From IMG/VR virus record IMGVR_UViG_3300044259_000026, positions 1 through 64,000 of that record: 64,000 nucleotides of DNA, one strand, 5' to 3'. Positions 55,819-63,516 of this stretch are shown here, in pieces; the first letter of the stretch is position 1, and each line of letters starts with the position of its first letter. The notes below the pieces were generated by a model. It worked only from the letters and a program-made list of their open reading frames with translations. It was not told where the DNA came from and did not search any database. Both the position numbers and the translations under genes were made by a program. This stretch comes from a virus. Its lineage: Duplodnaviria > Caudoviricetes.

Positions 55819-56633
55819 TCGACCAACTCCTCGTTAGCAAAGACAATGACTGCTTTGTTCCAAGCAGTGCCTTGGTAGTTCACATGGTAGCCTTGGCTAT
55901 ATGTACGGCCACGTTTGCAGTACTTATGGCGAAGATGGAAGGCATCACTCTCTTTTGTGATGAGTCCCATAACTTCGTGAGCAGTGCGGTCATACTTTTC
56001 AAATGCTCGCTTACGCTTCTCGAAGTCTTCCTTAGTTTCACCTTCTTTAGGCTTATCCAAGTTACGCCATTCGTTCTTCACCATCTTGGCTACTCGCCAA
56101 TCGATTTTGAACTTGATCTTGTTGAGGCGGTTGATGTGGTCGAGACACACATCATCCTCGTGGTGATTCTTCTTGAGGATAATAGAGCTGAAGGTGGTGT
56201 ACATACCATCTTCACTGTTGCAGGTTACTTCTTTTGGTTCGATGATACTTGGCAGCGGGAATTGGAAACGGTCCAACTCTGCTTGCGTCTCATCACTGAT
56301 GGTGAATTTGACGATGAACTTCATGGTGGCCCTGTCCCAGTCCACCAGATCGGCCTCACAGGCCTTATCGATGGCTTCTACGCAATCCTGCATGTTCAGG
56401 AAGTGGTGCTTCAGGGAGCCAACAAGAGTATTAAGATCGCAGCGTTTATGCAGCGACATCTGTGCCAGAAGATCGATAACGAACTTTTCAGGCAAGCCTA
56501 CATGTTCGGCATACGCAGCGAAGTCAAAGTCTTCACAGTCTTTGAACTCTTCGCGGATACGTGCCATCAGTTGGTTTTTGTTGAACAGTTCTTCCAGTTC
56601 AATTTGACGCGCTTTCAATGCTTCTTGGCTCAT
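55815..56633 (-). CDS. RNA polymerase II subunit 1 (N4 gp15-like)
   Basis: QIELEELFNKNQL, FQFPLP, HKYCKRGRTYSQGYHVNYQG. Confidence 0.95.
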   Translation of the reverse strand: MSQEALKARQIELEELFNKNQLMARIREEFKDCEDFDFAAYAEHVGLPEKFVIDLLAQMSLHKRCDLNTLVGSLKHHFLNMQDCVEAIDKACEADLVDWDRATMKFIVKFTISDETQAELDRFQFPLPSIIEPKEVTCNSEDGMYTTFSSIILKKNHHEDDVCLDHINRLNKIKFKIDWRVAKMVKNEWRNLDKPKEGETKEDFEKRKRAFEKYDRTAHEVMGLITKESDAFHLRHKYCKRGRTYSQGYHVNYQGTAWNKAVIVFANEELVE

Positions 56634-56656
56634 GGCCTGCTCCTTAGAAAGTTAGT

Positions 56657-56992
56657 TTAGATCTCAAAACCCAGTTGCAGTTGCTGCATATCTTCCGGTA
56701 TCTCAGGGCAGGACTTATATTCCCACCATTCGCTACCGTCGTACTCACCGCGCTCAGACCAAGTGCCGTCCGTATACCAAATAGTTCCGTACAGGTTTTG
56801 TCTGCCGTAACCATCGTCGTATTCAACATCCAACATGTTAATGAACTGCTCATACTGCTCTTGGGTATGCCCTACTGGTAGACTGGCTACGCCGATATCG
56901 TCATTCCAAGTGGGGTCACCATTAGTCAAACGTATGCACTTGACTTGCTTGGTTCCAATTTCCTTGAGAATTTCTTCTTTAGCGTTAATCAC
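56657..56992 (-). CDS. N4 gp14-like protein
   Basis: LDVEYDDGYG, GTIWYTDGTW, RGEYDGSEWWEY. Confidence 0.8.
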   Translation of the reverse strand: MINAKEEILKEIGTKQVKCIRLTNGDPTWNDDIGVASLPVGHTQEQYEQFINMLDVEYDDGYGRQNLYGTIWYTDGTWSERGEYDGSEWWEYKSCPEIPEDMQQLQLGFEI

Positions 56993-57375
56993 TACATTGT
57001 GCCCCAGTAGTTGTGGTCGTCACCCAGAATTGGTCGCCATGCTTCATCGAAGTAGCAATTCTTGGGTGCATTGACGAACATTGGCGCAATGTCCTTATCG
57101 CGGTAACCGGCAAGTCCACAGCCAATGCGGGTTACTTGGAACAGCACTTTGCGGTGGTCAATTGCATAGGCAATAAAGCCATCCACGTACATCTTGATGC
57201 GATCCAATGGAAGAGTGAGGATGTCCTCGTTCTTGGTTGGGATAGCAAAGCTGTCACCGAAGTGACCATAGCCCTTACCATAGCGAGCACCCTTACTCTT
57301 CCAAGCGAACTTGGCTGCGCCTGCACCGTGGATACCAGCAGCGTTGCTGCCGAATACGAATACCATCTCCTTCAT
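56992..57375 (-). CDS. Macrodomain-like protein (putative ADP-ribose hydrolase)
   Basis: FVFGSNAAGIHGAGAA (loop 1-like) and VTRIGCGLAGY (loop 2-like). Confidence 0.7.
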   Translation of the reverse strand: MKEMVFVFGSNAAGIHGAGAAKFAWKSKGARYGKGYGHFGDSFAIPTKNEDILTLPLDRIKMYVDGFIAYAIDHRKVLFQVTRIGCGLAGYRDKDIAPMFVNAPKNCYFDEAWRPILGDDHNYWGTM

Positions 57376-57578
57376 TACAGACTCCCCCACGTTTGGTGAT
57401 CAGCTTCGGTCATGCGACCGCTATCTTGGTTTTCAAGTTCGTACTTCTTCAGATCTTCACGGTGCTCATCGCAAGCATGCTTGAACTGAAAGTTTCCTTG
57501 ACTACGCCATACTGCTCGTACCGTTTTTTCAGGACAAAACTTGCACCAAGGTTTGTGCTCTTCTTTGATCATCTTCAT
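57375..57578 (-). CDS. Small Zn-finger-like protein
   Basis: CKFC...ACDEH. Confidence 0.55.
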   Translation of the reverse strand: MKMIKEEHKPWCKFCPEKTVRAVWRSQGNFQFKHACDEHREDLKKYELENQDSGRMTEADHQTWGSL

Positions 57579-57587
57579 GTGATGCTC

Positions 57588-57800
57588 CTATCTGGTTCTG
57601 TAGTTATTGCCAACGATCTCCATACCTTGGAGATACTCAAGCATTTCTTGTTGAAGCTTTTTGACCGCATCTTCTCGATAAGCCCGAACCTCAATTCGTC
57701 CGTACCAAATACTCAGACCATCAGGCTCTGCGTAATCCAGCTCTGCGGTGTAAATTCCACAGTTTGATTCCGAGATTTCACCTAGTTTCCACTGGCTCAT
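57588..57800 (-). CDS. Small early protein (MSQWK paralogue 2)
   Basis: ATGA overlap with paralogue 1. Confidence 0.65.
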   Translation of the reverse strand: MSQWKLGEISESNCGIYTAELDYAEPDGLSIWYGRIEVRAYREDAVKKLQQEMLEYLQGMEIVGNNYRTR

Positions 57801-58000
57801 TCGTAGGTTACTCCACACATTTCAGCGGCCTGCAGCGATTGAAGAATGAAATCCCTAACTTGTGTAGCCTCTTCCTCGGTACTTCGGTGTACTTCTATAC
57901 ATTGAAACCAGCCAACCTGATTTATGCAGGCTGTCCAACATCCCCTATCGGTATTTCCATAGCGTTGGAAAGTGACGATTCCTGCTTTCCACTGACTCAT
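57797..58000 (-). CDS. Small early protein (MSQWK paralogue 1)
   Basis: GGAGG RBS just after a terminator. Confidence 0.65.
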   Translation of the reverse strand: MSQWKAGIVTFQRYGNTDRGCWTACINQVGWFQCIEVHRSTEEEATQVRDFILQSLQAAEMCGVTYE

Positions 58001-58016
58001 GGTTTCCTCCAGCCAA

Positions 58017-58044
58017 TAAAAAAGAGAGCCTTAGGCTCTCTTCT
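58017..58044 (-). terminator. Terminator
   Basis: AAGAGAGCC-TTA-GGCTCTCTT next to an A run. Confidence 0.8.
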
Positions 58045-58112
58045 TGGGTTTGGTGTGCCTGTACTCGGTTGGCGAGTGAGGGTTACACCGACTGCACCGG
58101 CACAGCACAATG

Positions 58113-58307
58113 CTAATACCGGTCGTCCGACATACCGCTGTCATTCTTGATACTCCTGCGGATTAGGTTGATCACCGTGAACAGCCCGGCGAGTATTACA
58201 CCGAGCGTCAGGACAAAGGCTTTGTCCATTGGTTCAAGGTGTTCCCACGAAACGACCATAGTGAATCCCACGACCACCGCAAGGATGGACAGCAGGATTC
58301 GGGTCAT
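58113..58307 (-). CDS. Small membrane protein with two TM segments
   Basis: MTRILLSILAVVVGF...AFVLTLGVILAGLF. Confidence 0.6.
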   Translation of the reverse strand: MTRILLSILAVVVGFTMVVSWEHLEPMDKAFVLTLGVILAGLFTVINLIRRSIKNDSGMSDDRY

Positions 58308-58311
58308 GATC

Positions 58312-58449
58312 TTAGCGATCAGTTTGATCATCGGATTCCTCGTTCTCTCGGGCTTGTCGATCAAGCTCCTCTTGCTCTTTACGGTACTGGACTTCTTCAG
58401 GCATTTCAGTGAAGTGACGATCCAGTTGACGATGGTTGAGCTTACTCAC
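58312..58449 (-). CDS. Small acidic protein (45 aa), not in the ORF track
   Basis: GTG start overlapping the NADAR stop; VSKLNHRQLDRHF...DQTDR. Confidence 0.45.
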   Translation of the reverse strand: MSKLNHRQLDRHFTEMPEEVQYRKEQEELDRQARENEESDDQTDR

Positions 58450-59194
58450 CTTGATACTCTCCGATTGCTTTCAGTAGGACTTGTTTGATGATGTCGCCAT
58501 GGCACTGCTTGGGGTAGCAGAAGCATTGCAGCCTCAGCTCACCTGTATCCATGGCAATGTTGCCGAGCCGATTCAGCTCGTCAATGATCTTTGGCTCATT
58601 CCGATTGATGGCATCAGCCAGGTAGATCCTGTACCTTCCGATGACAGCCTCACGACTGTCATTGACAGTGGTCCCTATTGGGAATGGGTTACCCAGCGGA
58701 CTACCACGACCAATGTACTCACCTTCCATCTTGTGATGTTTGTTCACCACTTGGATGTTTGGTTGTTGGATCTCTGCTCTGATTTTCATCAGAGTCTTGC
58801 CTAGCAGGTTCTGTCCTTGGTTCGTCTTCAGACAGACTCCCCAAATCTTGTCACCCCACCAGTTACCTTCGATCAATTCAGCATTGCCCGTGCTTCGCAG
58901 CATGTCACGCAGTTGAGGATGGCTGAACTTGGACCTGAGGATGGTCTCCATCAAAGAAACTTTGACAGATTCCCAATCCGGACGGAGTTTCAGCCTGCGG
59001 CCCAGCTTCTTAGCCTCTCCCGGTGTAGGACACTGGAGGATTGCTTGCTGTAACTCAGCATTGTGAGTCTTTGCTGCCATGTAGGCATGCTCACTGGATG
59101 GCCAAGTGGTCCCCATGAATTCCACGGGGGCCATGTAGAAGTTACTCAGGAATCGGTACTGCCCCTTGAACTCTTTGATCTGATTCAAGCTCAT
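58442..59194 (-). CDS. NADAR (YbiA-like) domain fused to DUF4326
   Basis: FLSNFY, SSEHAYMAAK, AKKLGR, RPDW, LIEGNWWGDKIWG, GQNLLGKTLM; then YIGRGSPLGNPF...CFCYPKQCHGD. Confidence 0.9.
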   Translation of the reverse strand: MSLNQIKEFKGQYRFLSNFYMAPVEFMGTTWPSSEHAYMAAKTHNAELQQAILQCPTPGEAKKLGRRLKLRPDWESVKVSLMETILRSKFSHPQLRDMLRSTGNAELIEGNWWGDKIWGVCLKTNQGQNLLGKTLMKIRAEIQQPNIQVVNKHHKMEGEYIGRGSPLGNPFPIGTTVNDSREAVIGRYRIYLADAINRNEPKIIDELNRLGNIAMDTGELRLQCFCYPKQCHGDIIKQVLLKAIGEYQGE

Positions 59195-59381
59195 CGCAAA
59201 TGTGCTCCATGATGTTGAGCAGTTCATGAACGTCATGGTCCTCAGGCAGTTCGAACTCCAATGGCCAGTTAGCCAACGTAGTTCTTGCCGCATGGACACA
59301 ATCCCGGAAAACATTACTCAGGTACTTCCTCCGCACATGCAGAGGATCGTTACCCGAGGTGAGTCGTCCTTTCTTGATCAT
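59142..59381 (-). CDS. Hypothetical protein
   Basis: 79 aa; overlaps both neighbours. Confidence 0.4.
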   Translation of the reverse strand: MIKKGRLTSGNDPLHVRRKYLSNVFRDCVHAARTTLANWPLEFELPEDHDVHELLNIMEHICDELESDQRVQGAVPIPE

Positions 59382-59544
59382 TGTCTTCCCGCCTCCCAGT
59401 CATGAAGTAGGGCAAATTCTTAGAGGAGTTCCAACCACAATGATAGTGGCCCGGTTCTCCTGCCTTAAGGCAATTGGCCCTTTCAAGGTCATCCTGTACA
59501 GGATCAGACCCTGTAGCTTTTCTGAACATCTCTGCAGTGATCAT
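59350..59544 (-). CDS. Conserved small phage protein
   Basis: QDDLERANC..AG..GHYHCGW motif. Confidence 0.65.
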   Translation of the reverse strand: MITAEMFRKATGSDPVQDDLERANCLKAGEPGHYHCGWNSSKNLPYFMTGRREDNDQERTTHLG

Positions 59545-59756
59545 TGCCCCTCCTTCAGGGGTAAGCAGCTGATTCCTTTCGTGGTCCTATAGCAGACATT
59601 GCCCAGTTCCCGGTCAATGCTTCTGAACCAACCATCCCCTATTTCTTCCTTGCCGGGTTCGTTGGCAGATAATCCCACCTTCTGCCCAATTTGGGCGATG
59701 CCAAGCAGCACTATCGCAGTAATCATCATTGCCAAAATCACAGGGTTTACTTGCAT
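59541..59756 (-). CDS. Small membrane-anchored protein
   Basis: N-terminal TM; DRELGNVCY...GISCLP. Confidence 0.6.
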   Translation of the reverse strand: MQVNPVILAMMITAIVLLGIAQIGQKVGLSANEPGKEEIGDGWFRSIDRELGNVCYRTTKGISCLPLKEGQ

Positions 59757-59766
59757 TGGTTCTCTC

Positions 59767-60309
59767 CTAGATATGCAGGGAAATATGGGCACGCTCTTTA
59801 CCAGCAGCCATGTCCCAAGTCATTTTGGTTCCACCATCCGCTGGCACATCACCAGTACCGAAGGTGAACGCCATCATGTGGGTACAGTCTCTTGCTACCA
59901 AGGCGTTACGGGTGGCCATAGCCTTGTAGCCTTTGGCTATTGGTTGGGTGGTGACAGTGCAGGTTTTCCTGTTCATGCACTCCCAGATGTGCCTCAATGA
60001 GTCGAATCCGAGATTGTTCGAGAACAGACAGTGGTAGTAGTGACAAGCATTGCCACTGGTTCCGTACTCACCATGGAACTGTCCATTGGAGAATGGTGCA
60101 GGCAGATGCAGGATCAGCTCCTTGCATAGTCCATTGAGATAGGCCCAGACGGCCACATGATCTGCCCATGCAGCACCACCGGATACCAGTATGTCTGTTG
60201 GTTCCACCTCAGCAGCCAAGGTTTCACACATGAAATCCCAGTGACTACCTGTCATGGGGATGCTTTTGTCACGCCCAGCAGTACCAATCACAGCGATTAC
60301 ACGGTTCAT
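59767..60309 (-). CDS. SLOG-superfamily protein (YspA/DUF2493-like)
   Basis: IAVIGTAGR, LVSGGAAWADH, RNALVA, DGGTKMTW. Confidence 0.75.
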   Translation of the reverse strand: MNRVIAVIGTAGRDKSIPMTGSHWDFMCETLAAEVEPTDILVSGGAAWADHVAVWAYLNGLCKELILHLPAPFSNGQFHGEYGTSGNACHYYHCLFSNNLGFDSLRHIWECMNRKTCTVTTQPIAKGYKAMATRNALVARDCTHMMAFTFGTGDVPADGGTKMTWDMAAGKERAHISLHI

Positions 60310-60406
60310 AACTTCTCCTAGATAGGTTGTTTCTGGCTCAGTTGCCCTTTAGGCATGCTTAGCGAAAATCAGTCGATTTTTCTACTTTGACATTTAGGTC
60401 AGTTGA

Positions 60407-60688
60407 CTACAGGTTTTGACTTTTCAACTCTTCAATCCACTGAAGGTAGAAGTCTTTACAGGCTTCGAAACCTTCAAGGTCGCTTGCCTCATCAGGCATC
60501 TGCCCAGTACACATCAGGGCAGAGAGCAAAGCAGAGCAGCACGGGTCCATTGAGTGAACCTTTTCCATCACAGCTGCCACATGCTCTCGGAGGCCTAAGG
60601 CTTTAAGGGCATGGCACATGTACACATGTTGCTCCCACGAGTACATCTCTGTATCGATTGCTTTCTGCAACGCTTCACTGAGTTTCAT
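60407..60688 (-). CDS. Hypothetical early protein
   Basis: 93 aa with ATGA coupling. Confidence 0.6.
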   Translation of the reverse strand: MKLSEALQKAIDTEMYSWEQHVYMCHALKALGLREHVAAVMEKVHSMDPCCSALLSALMCTGQMPDEASDLEGFEACKDFYLQWIEELKSQNL

Positions 60689-61107
60689 TGGTTCTGCTCC
60701 AAGTATTTGAGTCCTTTATCTGTCAGTTCGTAATCTCCCCGACAGCCGCAGTAACAACCATCCACATAACCTTTGAGAATCAGGTTACGCATCTTGGCTT
60801 GTACTAGTTTCTCAGGTGCTCCTTTGGGCATAGCCTCCTGAACAGAGTTAGTCCAATTAGGAAAGCAAGTTCCCCACTTACCATTCAGATTCTTCAGGAA
60901 CTGAAGTATTGGCAGTGTAGGAATGTCTTTGCACTGAGGCTTATCAGTACGCAGCTCATTGTCTAAGTAAGCCTTACCGCTCTCACCAATCTGGTGATAG
61001 TACTTAGCCATCTCAACGAGCCTATCCCTATCCAAATTGTTATGGATGGATTGGACACCCTCTTTGGCGATCCTATGTCTGATCCATTCTTGTACATGAG
61101 TGATCAT
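60685..61107 (-). CDS. Conserved phage protein with GCxCGCRGD motif
   Basis: KMRNLILKGYVDGCYCGCRGDYELTDKG resembles a winged-helix wing. Confidence 0.65.
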   Translation of the reverse strand: MITHVQEWIRHRIAKEGVQSIHNNLDRDRLVEMAKYYHQIGESGKAYLDNELRTDKPQCKDIPTLPILQFLKNLNGKWGTCFPNWTNSVQEAMPKGAPEKLVQAKMRNLILKGYVDGCYCGCRGDYELTDKGLKYLEQNQ

Positions 61108-61376
61108 TTGTTCAGCTCTCTGATGAATGCTTTTCTCTTTTGGCTACGCTGTTTGGAGTTACCATTGAAGTAGAGGTAACCCCTGTCTTGATGTTTACCA
61201 TCGGCCAGCATCCATCGAACATCCCCGTTGTTCAGAATGGAAACGTAGCAATAGAACGGGCCAGTGAAGTGCTCTCTGTACCACTCAGGTTTAAACATCT
61301 TTGGGAGCCTCGTGAATTCGTCGATCCAGATCATCTGGGCAATCTTTCCCTGCAGCCTCGGCTTCAGAACCTTCAT
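61104..61376 (-). CDS. Early protein with C-terminal GNSKQR motif
   Basis: Ends GNSKQRSQKRKAFIRELNK. Confidence 0.6.
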   Translation of the reverse strand: MKVLKPRLQGKIAQMIWIDEFTRLPKMFKPEWYREHFTGPFYCYVSILNNGDVRWMLADGKHQDRGYLYFNGNSKQRSQKRKAFIRELNK

Positions 61377-61391
61377 CGAGCACATCTTGGA

Positions 61392-61688
61392 TTACTCTTG
61401 GTTCAGTATTTCGAGGATACATTCCAGTTCAAACTCAGGGAGCTTGAACAGACCATTCTCTGGCCCACGCTTAAACTCGACATCATTGAGTCTGAGTACC
61501 CAAGAACTGTCACGGATAACAAACTGTCCGATGGGAGCATTGTTCGCATCAGTTAGCAGGCCATTACTGTCTACACGGAACAGTACTGTTTGGGTATCAC
61601 GGTCGATGTAATTGACGCTGTCGTCTTTGGTATCTAGTACCTGCAACAGCACACCATCTTTGTAGCGGGTATGGTGCATGGTGGTCAT
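61392..61688 (-). CDS. Hypothetical early protein
   Basis: 98 aa. Confidence 0.6.
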   Translation of the reverse strand: MTTMHHTRYKDGVLLQVLDTKDDSVNYIDRDTQTVLFRVDSNGLLTDANNAPIGQFVIRDSSWVLRLNDVEFKRGPENGLFKLPEFELECILEILNQE

Positions 61689-61701
61689 TGGTTCAGTTCC
61701 T

Positions 61702-61905
61702 TTAAGAGAGGATTATTCCGATTGCTGCCATTAGGCAGATGCCCATGATTACTGTGAGTATTGCCCAGCCGAATCCCCAAAGGATTGCCAGAGGGATACT
61801 TTCATCTTTTGGCCAACCATCTTTGTATTCACGGAAGCTCATTACTGCCCACACGATGATTGCCAAGATCATGAGGAGCTTAATTGCTAACATCATTTGG
61901 ACCAT
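61702..61905 (-). CDS. Small membrane protein with two TM segments
   Basis: Two hydrophobic segments. Confidence 0.6.
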   Translation of the reverse strand: MVQMMLAIKLLMILAIIVWAVMSFREYKDGWPKDESIPLAILWGFGWAILTVIMGICLMAAIGIILS

Positions 61906-62095
61906 CCTCTTTTAGGAACTCGGTTAGTTGAATCATCATCTTTCGGGCGTGGTGTTTACTGATCACTACATGGATTAATTTATCGTGTTGCCCGGTAGAC
62001 TCTTCTGCCGATACCACTAGGTAGTCCCTGTACTTATCGTCATCGATGATGATTGCTTTTTGAATACCAGAGTCACATGGGTACATAGTTTTCAT
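61880..62095 (-). CDS. Hypothetical early protein
   Basis: 71 aa. Confidence 0.55.
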   Translation of the reverse strand: MKTMYPCDSGIQKAIIIDDDKYRDYLVVSAEESTGQHDKLIHVVISKHHARKMMIQLTEFLKEDGPNDVSN

Positions 62096-62099
62096 TGGT

Positions 62100-62366
62100 T
62101 CAATCCCCTTTGAAGTTTGGGTAGACGGTCAGATCAGTTGCCTCAACCTCTCTTCCGGTTGGTTCTTGGTACCAATCCGGTTTGTTGTCTTCCCATGCCA
62201 GTTCGACAGCCTTTTCCAGACTGTCAGCATAGTAGCTACGTTGGCCTACATGGACAAACCAAGTACGGGTTACATCATCTTGATAGAAGCGGACAGAGCA
62301 ATCAGTTCCGTTCTCCACATAACCCGCGAGTTGACGCATTTTGGTGAACAGTGAAATGGTGTTCAT
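62100..62366 (-). CDS. Hypothetical early protein
   Basis: GYVENGTDCSVRFYQDDVTRTW motif. Confidence 0.6.
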   Translation of the reverse strand: MNTISLFTKMRQLAGYVENGTDCSVRFYQDDVTRTWFVHVGQRSYYADSLEKAVELAWEDNKPDWYQEPTGREVEATDLTVYPNFKGD

Positions 62367-62578
62367 CGGTTCAAATCCTTCAGAAGTTTTCTACGTTGCT
62401 GTCGGCGTTGTTTACTGTTTCCACTGAGTGGTGCTATGTAAACTGGACTATCACAGCAGTCGATAATCCAATCACGGGTGATGATTCCATTGTTGGACCA
62501 TTTAGATACCGTGAATGGGCCATCTTTTTTACGTGCGATGTATTCAACGGTTTTTGGGAATGAGCGGATCATGACCAT
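62363..62578 (-). CDS. Early protein with C-terminal GNSKQR motif
   Basis: Ends GNSKQRRQQRRKLLKDLNR; AAGGA RBS. Confidence 0.6.
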   Translation of the reverse strand: MVMIRSFPKTVEYIARKKDGPFTVSKWSNNGIITRDWIIDCCDSPVYIAPLSGNSKQRRQQRRKLLKDLNR

Positions 62579-62610
62579 CTTCCTTAGGAACTATCAGAAG
62601 GCGAAGCCAA

Positions 62611-62628
62611 CCAGCCCCGAAGGGCTGG
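62611..62628 (-). terminator. Hairpin after gp2, probable terminator
   Basis: On -: CCAGCCC-TTCG-GGGCTGG; weak U tract. Confidence 0.55.
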
Positions 62629-62642
62629 CTAGGTTCTAACGG

Positions 62643-63056
62643 TTAAGCACCGAACAGCTTGCGAGCGAATTGGTTTTCACCAGTTGGTGCAGGCGGTTCA
62701 CCACCGATGCGACGGAGTTGGATTTGCAGTTGGTCATCTGGGTTGATGATGACGGCATTGCCCGGTTCCAGTTGCTTGGCAGCTTCCAGCAGTTGGTCAC
62801 GCAGGTCGTTACGAGCTTGCATGAACTGGTTGTACTCGGCATTGCGACCAGTGGTCTTGAGGTCTTCGATCTGATCGAGAGGGATACCCTGACCGAGGGA
62901 GACGAACCAAGTTTCGCCGTCTTCTTGCTGGATGCCAGAGTCATAGCCGATGTTCAGCCAGAACTCAGCTTTCGGACGTTGAGCAGCAGGAGTGGTTGCA
63001 GCTTGAGCAGCAGCAGGAACACCGAAGGTACGAGTGAGACCGTTGATTTTCGACAT
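62643..63056 (-). CDS. N4 gp2-like ssDNA-binding RNAPII activator
   Basis: KAEFWLNIGY, FVSLGQGIPLD, QARNDLRDQL; directly downstream of a vRNAP promoter. Confidence 0.88.
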   Translation of the reverse strand: MSKINGLTRTFGVPAAAQAATTPAAQRPKAEFWLNIGYDSGIQQEDGETWFVSLGQGIPLDQIEDLKTTGRNAEYNQFMQARNDLRDQLLEAAKQLEPGNAVIINPDDQLQIQLRRIGGEPPAPTGENQFARKLFGA

Positions 63057-63091
63057 GGTAAAGCTCCTTAATAGATAGAATGGGATTATTC

Positions 63092-63111
63092 CCAAAAGGT
63101 GCGCAGCACCT
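63092..63111 (-). promoter_or_regulatory. vRNAP hairpin promoter (P2-like)
   Basis: Template (+) strand CC-AAAA-GGTGC-GCA-GCACC matches the N4 architecture CC-N4-stem-GNA-stem. Confidence 0.85.
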
Positions 63112-63184
63112 AGTAGATCAGGTACAGGTAGCAGAGGACTGCAGTGGTTAGACACACCAAGTACATGAAGCCTTCAAACGACAT
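63110..63184 (-). CDS. Putative 24-aa hydrophobic microprotein
   Basis: MSFEGFMYLVCLTTAVLCYLYLIY; ATG 3 nt after the upstream stop. Confidence 0.4.
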   Translation of the reverse strand: MSFEGFMYLVCLTTAVLCYLYLIY

Positions 63185-63187
63185 TAC

Positions 63188-63331
63188 TTAATCCTCAGAC
63201 AACCAAGTGATGATGAAGCCAGCGATTACAGTTGTTACACCCAACCAAGTTGGGATGATGTTCTCAACTATTGCGAAGCCAGTGATGGCGATGACAATGC
63301 CGAGGATGACCAACATGATTGAGCGATACAT
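63188..63331 (-). CDS. Putative 47-aa membrane microprotein with two TM segments
   Basis: MYRSIMLVILGIVIAITGFAIVENIIPTWLGVTTVIAGFIITWLSED; AAAGG upstream. Confidence 0.55.
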   Translation of the reverse strand: MYRSIMLVILGIVIAITGFAIVENIIPTWLGVTTVIAGFIITWLSED

Positions 63332-63426
63332 TTAGGTAACCTTTAGGTTGAGGGTATGGTTGGACTGGAGTTGAGGGAAGGGGAAATGCAATGCAGATTT
63401 ACTGCCCTAGCACTCCCCTGACTCAG

Positions 63427-63513
63427 TTACCTCATAAGGGCGATGACCAAACGTGGCATCAACCAGAAGTTGAGGACGTAGCTGATGTTGTACAGATTGG
63501 TTACACCCAGCAT
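63427..63513 (-). CDS. Putative 28-aa microprotein
   Basis: MLGVTNLYNISYVLNFWLMPRLVIALMR; GGAG RBS within the gp1 end. Confidence 0.4.
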   Translation of the reverse strand: MLGVTNLYNISYVLNFWLMPRLVIALMR

Positions 63514-63516
63514 GAG

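Noticed and set aside
62601-62628. GAA-loop hairpins after gp2 as a third vRNAP promoter
   Set aside because: The stems are 3 bp or close a 4-nt loop (UUCG on the transcript), which fits a terminator better than the GNA-triloop promoter
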